IMG/VR virus record: IMGVR_UViG_3300017747_004058
Direction: 5' to 3' (one strand)
From: an uncultured virus (IMG/VR IMGVR_UViG_3300017747_004058)
Lineage: Duplodnaviria > Heunggongvirae > Uroviricota > Caudoviricetes
Length of the DNA: 20,000 nucleotides
This document shows, piece by piece, positions 1 through 8,733 of the stretch. Each line of letters begins with the position of its first letter. Position 1 is the first letter of the stretch. The notes beneath the pieces were generated by a model, which was not told the DNA's origin, did not search any database, and was given only the letters and a program-made list of their open reading frames with translations. A program made the translations under genes and the position numbers.

Positions 1-1
1 A

Positions 2-547
2 ATCTCCGCAGAGCCAAAGCACATGCAGGCGGCAGTAATTAAGCCGAAAGATCCAGCATTCGCCGGCCAGTTGCCACATGTAGAGCTTTTCCTTTAGTAT
101 CCCTTCACCATCGCGGGAGTACCCGCCTTTGGTGTTGTAGGCGCTCTTTACCGTGGTCTTGAACTCTTCAATAAGAGTGCCGCCAGCAGCCAATGGGCTA
201 TTGTGCGTGAAGCCATCCGGGGTGCATATAATCCCTCCGCGGCGGCCTTCACCGGGCTGGTGGAGCATGTCAGGGAATAGCCTAACCACCCAGTCCTCCC
301 AGGCGAGACCGAACGCCATACGGAGCCGCTGGGCGCTCTTTTGAAGCATTTGCTGTTCATTCTCCTCGCCAGTGTATTCGTCCCAGGAGTCTTCCAGGTC
401 CATGAGGCCGCTGGCGGTTAGAATGTGCCGTATTACGCCACTAAGGTGTATTCCTGGCGTTCGTGGCTGAGTCTTGGTCTCCCTGGGCGGCCGGCGCATG
501 TCGGCGTCGTCCAGCATGACTATTTGGCGGCTCAGGAGAGTGGGCAT
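2..547 (-). CDS. PD-(D/E)xK-family (Cas4/RecB/lambda-exonuclease-like) phage nuclease, truncated at the window edge
   Basis: Not in the ORF track; translated by hand from ATG 547: MPTLLSRQIV...PGIHLSG...RMAFGLAWE...ICTPDG...IEEFKTT...YMWQLAGEC. Has the PD..ExK catalytic pattern and a downstream Q motif. The frame stays open to the edge. Confidence 0.75.
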   Translation of the reverse strand, partial: MPTLLSRQIVMLDDADMRRPPRETKTQPRTPGIHLSGVIRHILTASGLMDLEDSWDEYTGEENEQQMLQKSAQRLRMAFGLAWEDWVVRLFPDMLHQPGEGRRGGIICTPDGFTHNSPLAAGGTLIEEFKTTVKSAYNTKGGYSRDGEGILKEKLYMWQLAGECWIFRLNYCRLHVLWLCGD

Positions 548-567
548 AGGGGAGTTTGTTTGCGGCC

Positions 568-601
568 AAATAAAAGAACCGGGGGTTTGCAGTCCCCCCG
601 G
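568..601 (-). terminator. Rho-independent terminator after the SSB-like gene
   Basis: Minus strand CCGGGGG-gactgcaaa-CCCCCGG followed by TTCTTTTATTT, about 30 nt after the stop at 632. Confidence 0.85.
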
Positions 602-631
602 CGATTCCCAGGGCACTAAGGGCGTTCCCCC

Positions 632-1708
632 CTAGTCCTTGTCGAACTTCACCACGATATCGCTGGCGTCGTCGCCCTCGATTTCGTCCACGGCCACACT
701 GCCGGCGGCCCATTTCTTGAGTCCGGTAATGCCCGTGTACTCGGCCATGACTTGAGCCTGTTCGTCGGCGGTCAGGCTTCCTGCGCCAAGTGCTCCCGCG
801 AGCTTCTTGCGCAGCGCCTTAAAGGTCAGGGTCTCGCCTGCATTCTCGCCGGCAATGGCCTCCAGTGACGCATGCAGCGCCTTGGTGGCGTCGAATGGGG
901 TCTTGGCGGCCTTGGTTGCCTTGTCACCCTTGGCTTTGGCCGTGGACTCCGTAGTTTCCTTGGCCTCGCCTCCTTTGGCCTTCTTATCCTTCTTCTTGTC
1001 GGCGCTGGCAAGGGGACGAATCACCTTGTCCACGATCTTGTACGGCCCCATGCTGTCTTTGGGGCGGTTCTCACGGGACACGTTGTCCACCATGCGATAG
1101 GGCTCGTCGTCCTTTTTAGTCGGCACAGCGAGCTTGCTCACCAAGTGGAGCACGGCACCGGTCCAGTCCGGGGCCCAGGAGCGGTCGATGATGTCCGGCC
1201 GCACGTTGTCCGTCCGGCGCAAGGATTCCAGCAGCATCATGTAGGCCGTGGCCGGGTGGAACTCGAATTCGTCGGTCGTAACGTCCAGGGTGTTCCCTTC
1301 ATCTCCTACGTCACTGCCAATGACTTCCGGTTCCATGTCGTCGGGGCCGGTTCCCTTGGCCACGCGTACGAACACCTCGCCGTGTTTGTTGGTGAGATTT
1401 CCCAGGCCGTACGAGATCTCTTCAATGATCTCGTTGTCGTCGGCGTCGTGGAGAGGTTCCAGGGACTCCGCATTCAGCATGCGGCACTTGAGCACCAGGG
1501 CGATTGTCGGGCCCTTTTCTACGCCGGCTGAGTTGACCGCCGGCTTTTCCACGAAGGTCTTCTTGCCGTCTTCGTCCACTTCCTGCACGCGCTGAGTGCG
1601 AGCAATGACACGGTAAACGGCATCCAGCACTTCCACCACGCCCTCGCGGAAACCAGCGCTGCCGCCGGTATCCTTGGCGCGGTGAGCAAGCATTTTAGTT
1701 GCTTTCAT
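632..1708 (-). CDS. Phage protein, probable ssDNA-binding/annealing protein
   Basis: 358 aa. Beta-rich-looking N-terminal region, Lys/Ala linker, acidic C-terminus (DEIEGDDASD). Has its own promoter and terminator and sits between helicase and exonuclease genes. Function inferred from context only. Confidence 0.45.
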   Translation of the reverse strand: MKATKMLAHRAKDTGGSAGFREGVVEVLDAVYRVIARTQRVQEVDEDGKKTFVEKPAVNSAGVEKGPTIALVLKCRMLNAESLEPLHDADDNEIIEEISYGLGNLTNKHGEVFVRVAKGTGPDDMEPEVIGSDVGDEGNTLDVTTDEFEFHPATAYMMLLESLRRTDNVRPDIIDRSWAPDWTGAVLHLVSKLAVPTKKDDEPYRMVDNVSRENRPKDSMGPYKIVDKVIRPLASADKKKDKKAKGGEAKETTESTAKAKGDKATKAAKTPFDATKALHASLEAIAGENAGETLTFKALRKKLAGALGAGSLTADEQAQVMAEYTGITGLKKWAAGSVAVDEIEGDDASDIVVKFDKD

Positions 1709-1766
1709 TGACTTTTTCCTTTTCCTTTTCCTTGGGTTTATTGGGGTTTTTTACCCCCGCTTGTGA

Positions 1767-1796
1767 ATAATAGCAGTAGGTTAGGTTTAATTGCAA
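1767..1796 (-). promoter_or_regulatory. Sigma70-type promoter for the SSB-like gene
   Basis: Minus strand TTGCAA-N18-TATTAT with an extended -10 TG; purine-rich leader (AAGGAAAAGG) before ATG 1708. Confidence 0.65.
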
Positions 1797-1800
1797 CCTA
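1782..1800. promoter_or_regulatory. Operator family A, copy 1 (TAGGTTTA-ATT-GCAACCTA)
   Basis: Imperfect copy of the 19-bp dyad at 10755 and 18074; overlaps the -35 box. Confidence 0.6.
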
Positions 1801-1846
1801 AGTGGTTCACACTGCTGGGAAATGAGAGATTGAGAACTTGACCAGC

Positions 1847-2014
1847 TTAATACTCGCAGTCGTCGTGACATTTCTGCGAGCAGTAGGTCTGGTATGCCGC
1901 CCGCCAACCCTTAAAGGGTAGGCCGCCCCAGTACCACTTGCCGCAGCTAATGCACGGCTGCCAAGGGAACCAGGAGAGAGAGTAGTGAAAGCGGTAGCGT
2001 TGTTCTAGGGTCAT
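1847..2014 (-). CDS. Small zinc-finger-like protein (55 aa)
   Basis: Translated by hand: MTLEQRYRFHYSLSWFPWQPCISCGKWYWGGLPFKGWRAAYQTYCSQKCHDDCEY. CxxC...CSxxC pattern; packed tightly into the operon. Confidence 0.65.
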   Translation of the reverse strand: MTLEQRYRFHYSLSWFPWQPCISCGKWYWGGLPFKGWRAAYQTYCSQKCHDDCEY

Positions 2015-2020
2015 GGTTAG

Positions 2021-2092
2021 TTACTTCATCTTTGCGAACAACCAAAGCAGTAAAAACCCAAAGAAGATCATGAATACAGTCCAGGGTTCCAT
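2021..2092 (-). CDS. Tiny membrane peptide (23 aa)
   Basis: MEPWTVFMIFFGFLLLWLFAKMK; ATG overlaps the helicase stop (TAATG coupling). Confidence 0.5.
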   Translation of the reverse strand: MEPWTVFMIFFGFLLLWLFAKMK

Positions 2093-3735
2093 TAAACAGT
2101 CTCCTTCTTTTCTGGTGCGCGTTCGGGCAGCGCGGGCAGCTTGGTGATTAAGGTATAGCTGAACCAGTCCGGTGCACTCGCCCTAGCCATTTTATAGAAC
2201 CAGTCAAAGTCATCATCGACAACAAAGGTTTCGCACCGGTCCATAGGAAACCGCATGCCACGTCCGCACATTTGGACGATCTCCTGCATGGTGGCATAGG
2301 TTAAGTACCCAGGGTCTCGTTCGGCACGGGCTTTGTTCACTTTGTCCATGCGCTTGAAGGGCACCTTGGCGATGATTTGGTATTCACATTCGCGGCCGGG
2401 GAAGTTCCAGCCGGTCGTAAAGCTGGGTGACACTAATACGGCGGGCTCTGATGCGGCCCTAAATGCCTCCGCAATCATTACGCTTGTGGGAGAGCCGGCT
2501 TCGGTCGTATTCACGTGGAATAGCGCGCTGTGCCGGCTATTCTCCACTAGGTACTGCTGCCGCTTATAGGAGCTGGTGTGAATGATCCCCTTGCGGTCCA
2601 GGCGGGAGTCTATGATTTTGTCAATCACGCTCACCCAGTTTTTTAACCCGGCGTCAGTGATCCGTTTCCCGCTCATAGAAGCCCCAGGGATGCGGTACAC
2701 GGGCGAGCGCTCCTTGGGGAAGACTCTGGGCCATTCCTTGAATGAGTATGATCCTGGTTTAAGGCCCAATAAACCCATGGACTTGCGCCGTAAAGTGGCG
2801 CTGAGCATGAACACCCTGGGCACGTTCATAAACAACCTGCTCTCGGCTCGCATTCCCGGCCAGACAGAATCAAAGGTGAATTTCCGGTGCCCATATTCCC
2901 CATGGGATTCGCATATCCAATTCGCCGGGTCCATGGATTGCATACTTTCGAACGCCTCGCACAGGCTCTCTAGCCGGCGCACCAGCTCCTTTACATAGGG
3001 GGCTCGGCTGCGCTTGTAGCGCTTTACTTGCTCGGCTCTCATGGAGTCCGCGGCGACGAGATTGCTCTTGGCAATCTCTACCCAGTCCATTAAAGAGTCG
3101 TTAAGGGTCACTCGCGAACTCAGCACACCCAGGCTCGTGATATTGGCCTCGTGAATCTCCACATGCATGGAGCCCGCTAGTTGCTCAAAGCTGGTGTCGG
3201 CCTCGTCCATGATTAGCAGGCCAAAGGGATTGCTCACTACTCCCCCCTCACCCAGGCATAAGCCGGGACTATTGGGCATGGAATTGAGCCGTAACCAGTA
3301 GGCGTAGTTAGTCACTACGATGTCGGCATTGCGGGCGGCGTCACGGGCAGAGTCATATAAACAGGTGGGTTCGCCAAAGTGGGGGCAGCCCTCTAGGCCG
3401 CCCGCTTTACACGTATGAGAACCAGGAACGCTAATGCAGGTGTAGTTTGCCTTCCCAGTCACGCTGACCAGGAGGTTATTAAAGTACTTAGTGTACTCCT
3501 CCTGCTGCGCCTTAGTGGCGACCAGGATAGCAACCCGCTGCTTGGTGCGGCGCACATGCTGCACAGCTAGGGCGGCGCAAATAGCCGTCTTGCCAGCGCC
3601 AGTGGGCACGCATGCGCCTGCTACTCGACATGGGGCAGTATTTAAGAACTCCATGACTTCCGTTTGCACTTCGCGGAACTCAGGGAAGTGCTTGGGGTCC
3701 AGGCCCAGGCTAGCGGGAGTGAGTAGTTGAGTCAT
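2092..3735 (-). CDS. DinG/XPD/YoaA-family SF2 helicase with Fe-S cluster
   Basis: Q motif FREVQ, Walker A PTGAGKT, four Cys (YTC..TC..GC..CLY), VVTNY, DEAD, LSAT, TGWNFPG, AKVPF, motif VI QMCGRGMR. Confidence 0.92.
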   Translation of the reverse strand: MTQLLTPASLGLDPKHFPEFREVQTEVMEFLNTAPCRVAGACVPTGAGKTAICAALAVQHVRRTKQRVAILVATKAQQEEYTKYFNNLLVSVTGKANYTCISVPGSHTCKAGGLEGCPHFGEPTCLYDSARDAARNADIVVTNYAYWLRLNSMPNSPGLCLGEGGVVSNPFGLLIMDEADTSFEQLAGSMHVEIHEANITSLGVLSSRVTLNDSLMDWVEIAKSNLVAADSMRAEQVKRYKRSRAPYVKELVRRLESLCEAFESMQSMDPANWICESHGEYGHRKFTFDSVWPGMRAESRLFMNVPRVFMLSATLRRKSMGLLGLKPGSYSFKEWPRVFPKERSPVYRIPGASMSGKRITDAGLKNWVSVIDKIIDSRLDRKGIIHTSSYKRQQYLVENSRHSALFHVNTTEAGSPTSVMIAEAFRAASEPAVLVSPSFTTGWNFPGRECEYQIIAKVPFKRMDKVNKARAERDPGYLTYATMQEIVQMCGRGMRFPMDRCETFVVDDDFDWFYKMARASAPDWFSYTLITKLPALPERAPEKKETV

Positions 3736-3873
3736 TTAGTGATTCACAATGTACTTAATCGCAGCCGCGCCGACCGCCAGAATAACAAGCAGTTTGAGCA
3801 GACTCAGGACAGCGCGGATGCGGTTTGCTATTTGTTGCTCTCGGGCTTGTTGTTGAATCCAGGTTTCGCTCAT
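3736..3873 (-). CDS. Small single-pass membrane protein (45 aa)
   Basis: Translated by hand: MSETWIQQQAREQQIANRIRAVLSLLKLLVILAVGAAAIKYIVNH. ATGA overlap upstream; abuts the helicase ATG. Confidence 0.65.
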   Translation of the reverse strand: MSETWIQQQAREQQIANRIRAVLSLLKLLVILAVGAAAIKYIVNH

Positions 3874-5063
3874 GTTGTTAACTTTCCTTTCCATCCCTTG
3901 CTTACGCATTCCCAGGTGTGAGTACTTAGCAGCACGATCAGCTTCCCGGTGCCATCTTTCTCGGTGACCAGGACATCGTGCAGCTCCATGTCCTCTACGG
4001 CTCGCCTAAGCACCGCGGGCGCAACCTTTACCCGTGCCTTAAGGTCGTCCAGCATGACACCGCCCTTGGGGGTTACCTTGCCCGCATGAACGGCGAGCAG
4101 GATCACCAATCGTAGCCTTGGCATGCTATCTAATGCCACCTTACTTAGCACTTCCCAGGTTTGCTTGGGGTTCGCGCCAATAATCACCAAGCCCGCGTAA
4201 ATTTGGCATAGCTGCCGGCCCAGGCGATTAGGCGTCTCGGTCTCCACCATGCCGGAAACCACATTCCCTTGCTGGGGGTCCCTGGGGACGCCGCTTCTGC
4301 CCCTGGCCGCTAAATCTGCCATCCAGGCGACTCTGGCTTGCACGGCTAGAGAGATCTCCGGCCTCCTATGCTGGCTTGGCTCTCCGAGAAACCCTATTCC
4401 CAGTTCCTCGTAAAAAGTCTTTACCTTGGCTTGCAGGTCCTCTCGCCAGCCGCGATGGCCAGAATTATCTATGGCGCGTAGGCTCTTAAGCAGGGTGTCG
4501 CTCACGATACTCCTACACATTACCCAGCGCTCACCCATTTGGGCACTTAATTGGGCGTACTGGTCAATCTGGCTAGTGACGCCGCCAAAGCAGGCAAGTT
4601 TTCCTTCCCAGGACAATTGTTGGCCACCATCGCTACCTACTGGCCGGGTCCAGCGACCGTCAGCAGCACGGCGTAGGGTAGTCATGATTTCGTCCCGCTT
4701 GGCTGGCTGCGCTTGGACCACATCGGTGAAGTCGCCGAACAATAGGGCCCCATGGGACCCCACCAAACGCAGTAAGCCGCCGTTGGCCTGTTTGCCCTTT
4801 TCTGCGCTAGGAGTGCCGCTAAGGAATGCCGCGGCTCCCTGTGGTGCGTCCACTGCATGCACATGGGGGACGGCTAGTAATAGGTTAAGCAGTTCAGTTT
4901 TCCCATCACCGGGCGGCCCAACGAGCATCAGCCATACGGGGTCACCGTCTATCATGTTGGCGGCCAAAGTACCCAGTAGGGCCATCAGGCTCACCGGATG
5001 GGGGAGGAACAACACTCCCCTGATCTCGCTTAATAGTCTGTTCAGGGGAGTGTCGGTACGCAT
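3870..5063 (-). CDS. AAA+ P-loop ATPase, MCM-like phage helicase domain with C-terminal winged helix
   Basis: Walker A GPPGDGKT, GGLL..G.LLFGDF (Walker B), LRRAADG, Arg-finger-like GERW, sensor-like PNRL, wHTH-like LDDLKARVKVAPAVLRRAVEDM. Confidence 0.7.
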   Translation of the reverse strand: MRTDTPLNRLLSEIRGVLFLPHPVSLMALLGTLAANMIDGDPVWLMLVGPPGDGKTELLNLLLAVPHVHAVDAPQGAAAFLSGTPSAEKGKQANGGLLRLVGSHGALLFGDFTDVVQAQPAKRDEIMTTLRRAADGRWTRPVGSDGGQQLSWEGKLACFGGVTSQIDQYAQLSAQMGERWVMCRSIVSDTLLKSLRAIDNSGHRGWREDLQAKVKTFYEELGIGFLGEPSQHRRPEISLAVQARVAWMADLAARGRSGVPRDPQQGNVVSGMVETETPNRLGRQLCQIYAGLVIIGANPKQTWEVLSKVALDSMPRLRLVILLAVHAGKVTPKGGVMLDDLKARVKVAPAVLRRAVEDMELHDVLVTEKDGTGKLIVLLSTHTWECVSKGWKGKLTT

Positions 5064-5075
5064 GGACGAATGGGC

Positions 5076-6356
5076 CTACTTGCTCTTGGCGGTCTTAGCG
5101 GGCTTGGGCGCTTTTACGGGCTCGGCAGCCGGTTCCTTGGGGGCCTTACCCTTGGCAGCCTTGGACTCGGCAGTAGGGGCGGACGCGGCAGCCTTGGCAG
5201 CCTTAACTGGCTTCTCGGGCTTGGGCTGGGGCTCTTTGGCTTCCTTCTCCTTGGCCTTCTCTTCCTTGGCCGCCAAATCACCATCGACGCCAGACAGCTT
5301 AATGGCGTCCACCACCTTGTCCCACTGGTTGGCCAGCTTTTTGTCCGTGAGCAACCCGTCCGCATTGAGCAATAGCGCAGTCATGAACCGGCGTGCCAAA
5401 CCCTTCTCTGGCCCGCTCAGATCGCTATCGGCGAATTCCTGCAAGGTTTCCATGATTTCCTTGCGGTTCTTTTTCACCTGGACGATTTCGTTTTCGTCCT
5501 TGGTTTCATTGGCGGCGCGAATGGCCTTGGTGACCGCGGGGGCCTCGATCTTGTCCGGCAGGGTACTGGTGTCGGAAAGCTTTGCCTTTTTAGCCTTGGG
5601 CTCTTTGGTGTACTCCCCGTTGATGGACTCCCCGTCTCCAGTCATGCCGGAAACCTTCAGCCCTTGTCCCTGTCCCTTGCCCTTCTTGGCATTCTCCTCG
5701 TGCTGGATGTCGGCGGCGTGCTCCAACACCTGGGCCTGTTCACCCTTATTCACTTTGGTGAGTTCCAGGGCGATCTGAGTAGTAATCTTACCGGCCCGCA
5801 ACTGCTGCTTTACGGCATCACTGAGCGCATACACGCGGTCGGCAATACTCACTCGCGGCTGATCGATGCCCAGGGTCTTGACCACCTTCTTGGTCCCCTG
5901 TTCACCTTCCCAGCCGTGCTTGATGCGCAAAGCGTTAACGATTTCGCTCAGTTCGTAGTCGTTATACCCCTTGCGCGGGTAGTTGCTCTGAAATGCCAGT
6001 CGCAGCAAGCGGGCGTCGTCGGCACTGGTGATATCCTGATTGACCTGCACACGAACGGGCGTTAGCGCTTGGGCCTTTCTGGTGCGCTCCTCGTTGATCT
6101 GGGTAATGGCGCGGAACCGCCGGCGGCCGTCGTAGACAAAGTATGAAACCTTGCCGTTCTCGCCCTTAACGCCATAGACACTCACGGGATGGAGCTGGCC
6201 GTCGAGCGCGATACTGGCGGCGAGCTGGTCGATTTTCTTGGACTCCTCGCTTTCGTCTCCGGCGGGCCGGATGATGTCGAACTGGGGGTCAATGGTGAGT
6301 TCATAGGCTGGGAGTTCGAGTTCGGGCCAGCCGGGAGTGCCGGTGTCAGTTTTCAT
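5076..6356 (-). CDS. ParB/Spo0J/KorB-family protein with Lys/Ala/Pro-rich tail
   Basis: IDQLAASIALDGQLHPV, Arg patch DGRRRFRA, SNYPRKGYN (equivalent of ENLQR), HTH KKVVKTLGIDQPRVS followed by LSDAVKQQLRAGKITTQIALEL. Confidence 0.88.
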   Translation of the reverse strand: MKTDTGTPGWPELELPAYELTIDPQFDIIRPAGDESEESKKIDQLAASIALDGQLHPVSVYGVKGENGKVSYFVYDGRRRFRAITQINEERTRKAQALTPVRVQVNQDITSADDARLLRLAFQSNYPRKGYNDYELSEIVNALRIKHGWEGEQGTKKVVKTLGIDQPRVSIADRVYALSDAVKQQLRAGKITTQIALELTKVNKGEQAQVLEHAADIQHEENAKKGKGQGQGLKVSGMTGDGESINGEYTKEPKAKKAKLSDTSTLPDKIEAPAVTKAIRAANETKDENEIVQVKKNRKEIMETLQEFADSDLSGPEKGLARRFMTALLLNADGLLTDKKLANQWDKVVDAIKLSGVDGDLAAKEEKAKEKEAKEPQPKPEKPVKAAKAAASAPTAESKAAKGKAPKEPAAEPVKAPKPAKTAKSK

Positions 6357-6422
6357 GAGAGTGTTCCTTTTCTTTGGGGGTGGTTTATGGTTTCATTGAG
6401 CGATTTTCGCTCGGGATTTTAG

Positions 6423-6638
6423 TTACGGTTTCATTGTAACAGAGTCGGGCCGAAAGTCGGGCCGGATGTCAGGGTGAACCATGCACGATCTTTGGAGTCG
6501 GGCATGGCTCTGCTGCAATTCCATGAGGTCGCTCTGCACGTGCTCAAGGCTAATGAGTGAGTAGATTACGACCAGCGCAGCCACAGCCGTGCAGCATGCC
6601 GGGAACACGCGATTGAAGTGATCATAGATATTTACCAT
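6423..6638 (-). CDS. Small membrane-anchored hypothetical protein
   Basis: 71 aa, one hydrophobic segment then a short coiled-coil-like stretch; overlaps the upstream stop. Confidence 0.6.
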   Translation of the reverse strand: MVNIYDHFNRVFPACCTAVAALVVIYSLISLEHVQSDLMELQQSHARLQRSCMVHPDIRPDFRPDSVTMKP

Positions 6639-8314
6639 GGGGGTTGATTCCTTCCGGCCTGTTCATGCTCCCAGGCGGCTTGCTGTTCGGCAGCGCATGC
6701 GTCTTGCTGTGCTTGGGCTTCGTTAGCCTGTTCTTGATCGCGCTCTACCTGGTCCGGCTCCTTAAACAAGCGTTCCAGGGGCTTGGGCACCGTTTCCACG
6801 AAATAAAGACTCTTTCGGGCGCGGGTAATCCCCACATAGAGCGCGTGCAGTTCTTGCTCCACCTGCCACTCCTGCACGGCTCTAGGGTGCGGCATAAGAT
6901 CCCCACGGATAACGAACACATGGTCCGCTTCCAGGCCCTTGACCTTAAAGACCGTTCCAAGTACGATGGCGTCCTTATGCGGAGAGAACATGTCCCTTAG
7001 TGCACTTAGAGCCATGCTCACGTTGGCCGTGCACTTGGCTAGGCTCTCAATGCAGTTGTGCCGGTCTACGGCGCTTGCTGCTCGTTGGCTGGTTTGTCCT
7101 GGGCGTAGGAGTGCCTCATACTTGGCTACTGCGGCATTGGTGAATTCTCGCGATAGGCGCACGACTTCCAGCATGTCCGCGGGCCGATTCAGGTCTCTTA
7201 ATTGCTGCACGTAGCTGCGAATGAGCCGTGCAATGTTGTCCCCCAGGTCTCGTCCCAGCATGCACACACGTTTATTTTTCCGCATGAGCTTGTAGGCCGT
7301 GCTCACCAGTGGGGCATTAGTGCGGGCCACGATCATGGAGCCGGACGGGAATTCCAGCGGCAAATGCGCCACCTTCTCCATGCTCCCCATAGGCGCTCCC
7401 GGCAATGCCTTAAAACTGGGCACCAATACCTGTGCGCACCGAGCGACCTCTTGGCTACACCGGCGGGAGACAGTGAGCGGGTATTCTTTGGCCCCCAAAC
7501 TTATTAAGCTCCCGCGCATAATGCTAAATGCGTCATTAAGCGCTCCTCGGAACCCATAGATCGCTTGGTAGGGGTCGCCCACCACGTACAGCACGTTGCA
7601 GCGCTTAGATGCTAGGATCTGCCCCACAGCGTTAAGATCTTGCATCTCGTCCACGGCGAGAATGTCCGGCCGGGAGTCGGGGCGAAACTCCAGGCCCATA
7701 ATCACTGGCAGCCAGCACATGTCGTCGAAGTCAATACCTTGCGCGATCTCGTCCGGGTCGCACATGGCGTTAAGGAGTGCTATAGCCAGCTCCACACTCT
7801 TGTCCAGGTCCGCACCATCCAGCTCGATATCGTGATGGTCCACAAGCTCCTTAAGGTACTCGGGCGTGGCTTGGGCATACTGCTTGGCGATGCCGCATAT
7901 GCGCACCGCGGCACTCTTCACGTCCTGCATGTGGGAGTCAAAGCGCGTGCTCACCATGCGCCAGATGCGCCCATTGCCGGTCCACACTTTTAGTCTCCCA
8001 AAGTGCTCCTCTAGGAGCTGCTTGCCCATGGAGTGCAAAGTCACGGCAGTAAGGTACTTCCCTGCCTTGGCCTGCATCTCCTCCTGGTTCGCCTTCCCAA
8101 AGCTGGTGTACTCCAGCTTGAGGCCCGTGTTCCGCAGCCTATAGGCGATCTCGGCAATCGTAGTGCTTTTCCCTGTTCCGGCGAGCGCATTGACCACAAT
8201 AGACCGCATGGGGGCGCTAATCACTCCGGCGAAGATGGCTTCCTGTTCCGCGCTACCGGTAATGGGCGCATAGGCAGGTGGGATGGGTTTATTGGTTCTG
8301 GTTCTTGGTTTCAT
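6632..8314 (-). CDS. UvrD/Rep-family SF1 helicase
   Basis: ALAGTGKST, DFDDM, VDEMQD, VGDPYQAIYGFRGA, SRRC, ARTN, TVFKVKGLEAD, YVGITRAR. Confidence 0.95.
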   Translation of the reverse strand: MKPRTRTNKPIPPAYAPITGSAEQEAIFAGVISAPMRSIVVNALAGTGKSTTIAEIAYRLRNTGLKLEYTSFGKANQEEMQAKAGKYLTAVTLHSMGKQLLEEHFGRLKVWTGNGRIWRMVSTRFDSHMQDVKSAAVRICGIAKQYAQATPEYLKELVDHHDIELDGADLDKSVELAIALLNAMCDPDEIAQGIDFDDMCWLPVIMGLEFRPDSRPDILAVDEMQDLNAVGQILASKRCNVLYVVGDPYQAIYGFRGALNDAFSIMRGSLISLGAKEYPLTVSRRCSQEVARCAQVLVPSFKALPGAPMGSMEKVAHLPLEFPSGSMIVARTNAPLVSTAYKLMRKNKRVCMLGRDLGDNIARLIRSYVQQLRDLNRPADMLEVVRLSREFTNAAVAKYEALLRPGQTSQRAASAVDRHNCIESLAKCTANVSMALSALRDMFSPHKDAIVLGTVFKVKGLEADHVFVIRGDLMPHPRAVQEWQVEQELHALYVGITRARKSLYFVETVPKPLERLFKEPDQVERDQEQANEAQAQQDACAAEQQAAWEHEQAGRNQPPW

Positions 8315-8543
8315 CTGGCTGTGTCCTCGTTTCCATGATTGCTTTGCATAAGTCCTGGTGATCGCCCGAGCAGAATCCGGTCTGACCTACCAGATTAAAA
8401 TGCTGGAGTAAGAAGGGATTGTTCTTCCAGTCCCCAGGGTAGTCATCCTTTAGTGTCTTAGCCGCGTGGCGCAGTGCAACCATCCACACACTAAGTTCTT
8501 TCGCGGACAACTCAAAAGTGAGCGTCTGGCTGTTAAGCTTCAT
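8289..8543 (-). CDS. Hypothetical protein (84 aa)
   Basis: Start reassigned to ATG 8543 (MKLNSQ...), preceded by AAGGA. Confidence 0.6.
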   Translation of the reverse strand: MKLNSQTLTFELSAKELSVWMVALRHAAKTLKDDYPGDWKNNPFLLQHFNLVGQTGFCSGDHQDLCKAIMETRTQPDETKNQNQ

Positions 8544-8733
8544 TGGGTTCCTTTTCCTTAGCTTCTTCTCTCTCGGTCCTAAGCATGTAACTCGCTTGGT
8601 CAGCCAACACACTAGCCAGCGCCGCGAACACTTCCCCATAGGTTAGGTCATGCTTCTCACATATCTTAGTGGTGGCTTCCAGGAATTCAATCTTAGCCAG
8701 TTGCAGGATCATTGCTCGCGGCGGGCGTGTCAT
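8533..8733 (-). CDS. Hypothetical protein (66 aa)
   Basis: ATGA-coupled to the upstream gene. Confidence 0.65.
   Translation of the reverse strand: MTRPPRAMILQLAKIEFLEATTKICEKHDLTYGEVFAALASVLADQASYMLRTEREEAKEKEPNEA

Noticed and set aside
1695..1907. 70-aa minus-strand track ORF
   Set aside because: Runs across the promoter/operator and overlaps a better 55-aa zinc-finger ORF.
2..3735. Type IV CRISPR locus (DinG plus Cas4-like nuclease)
   Set aside because: No Cas5/6/7/Csf genes or array in the window; the context is phage replication.
4426..5778. 450-aa plus-strand ORF and other long antisense ORFs (872-1531, 14330-14812, 19298-19876)
   Set aside because: Shadows of well-supported genes on the opposite strand; no motifs.
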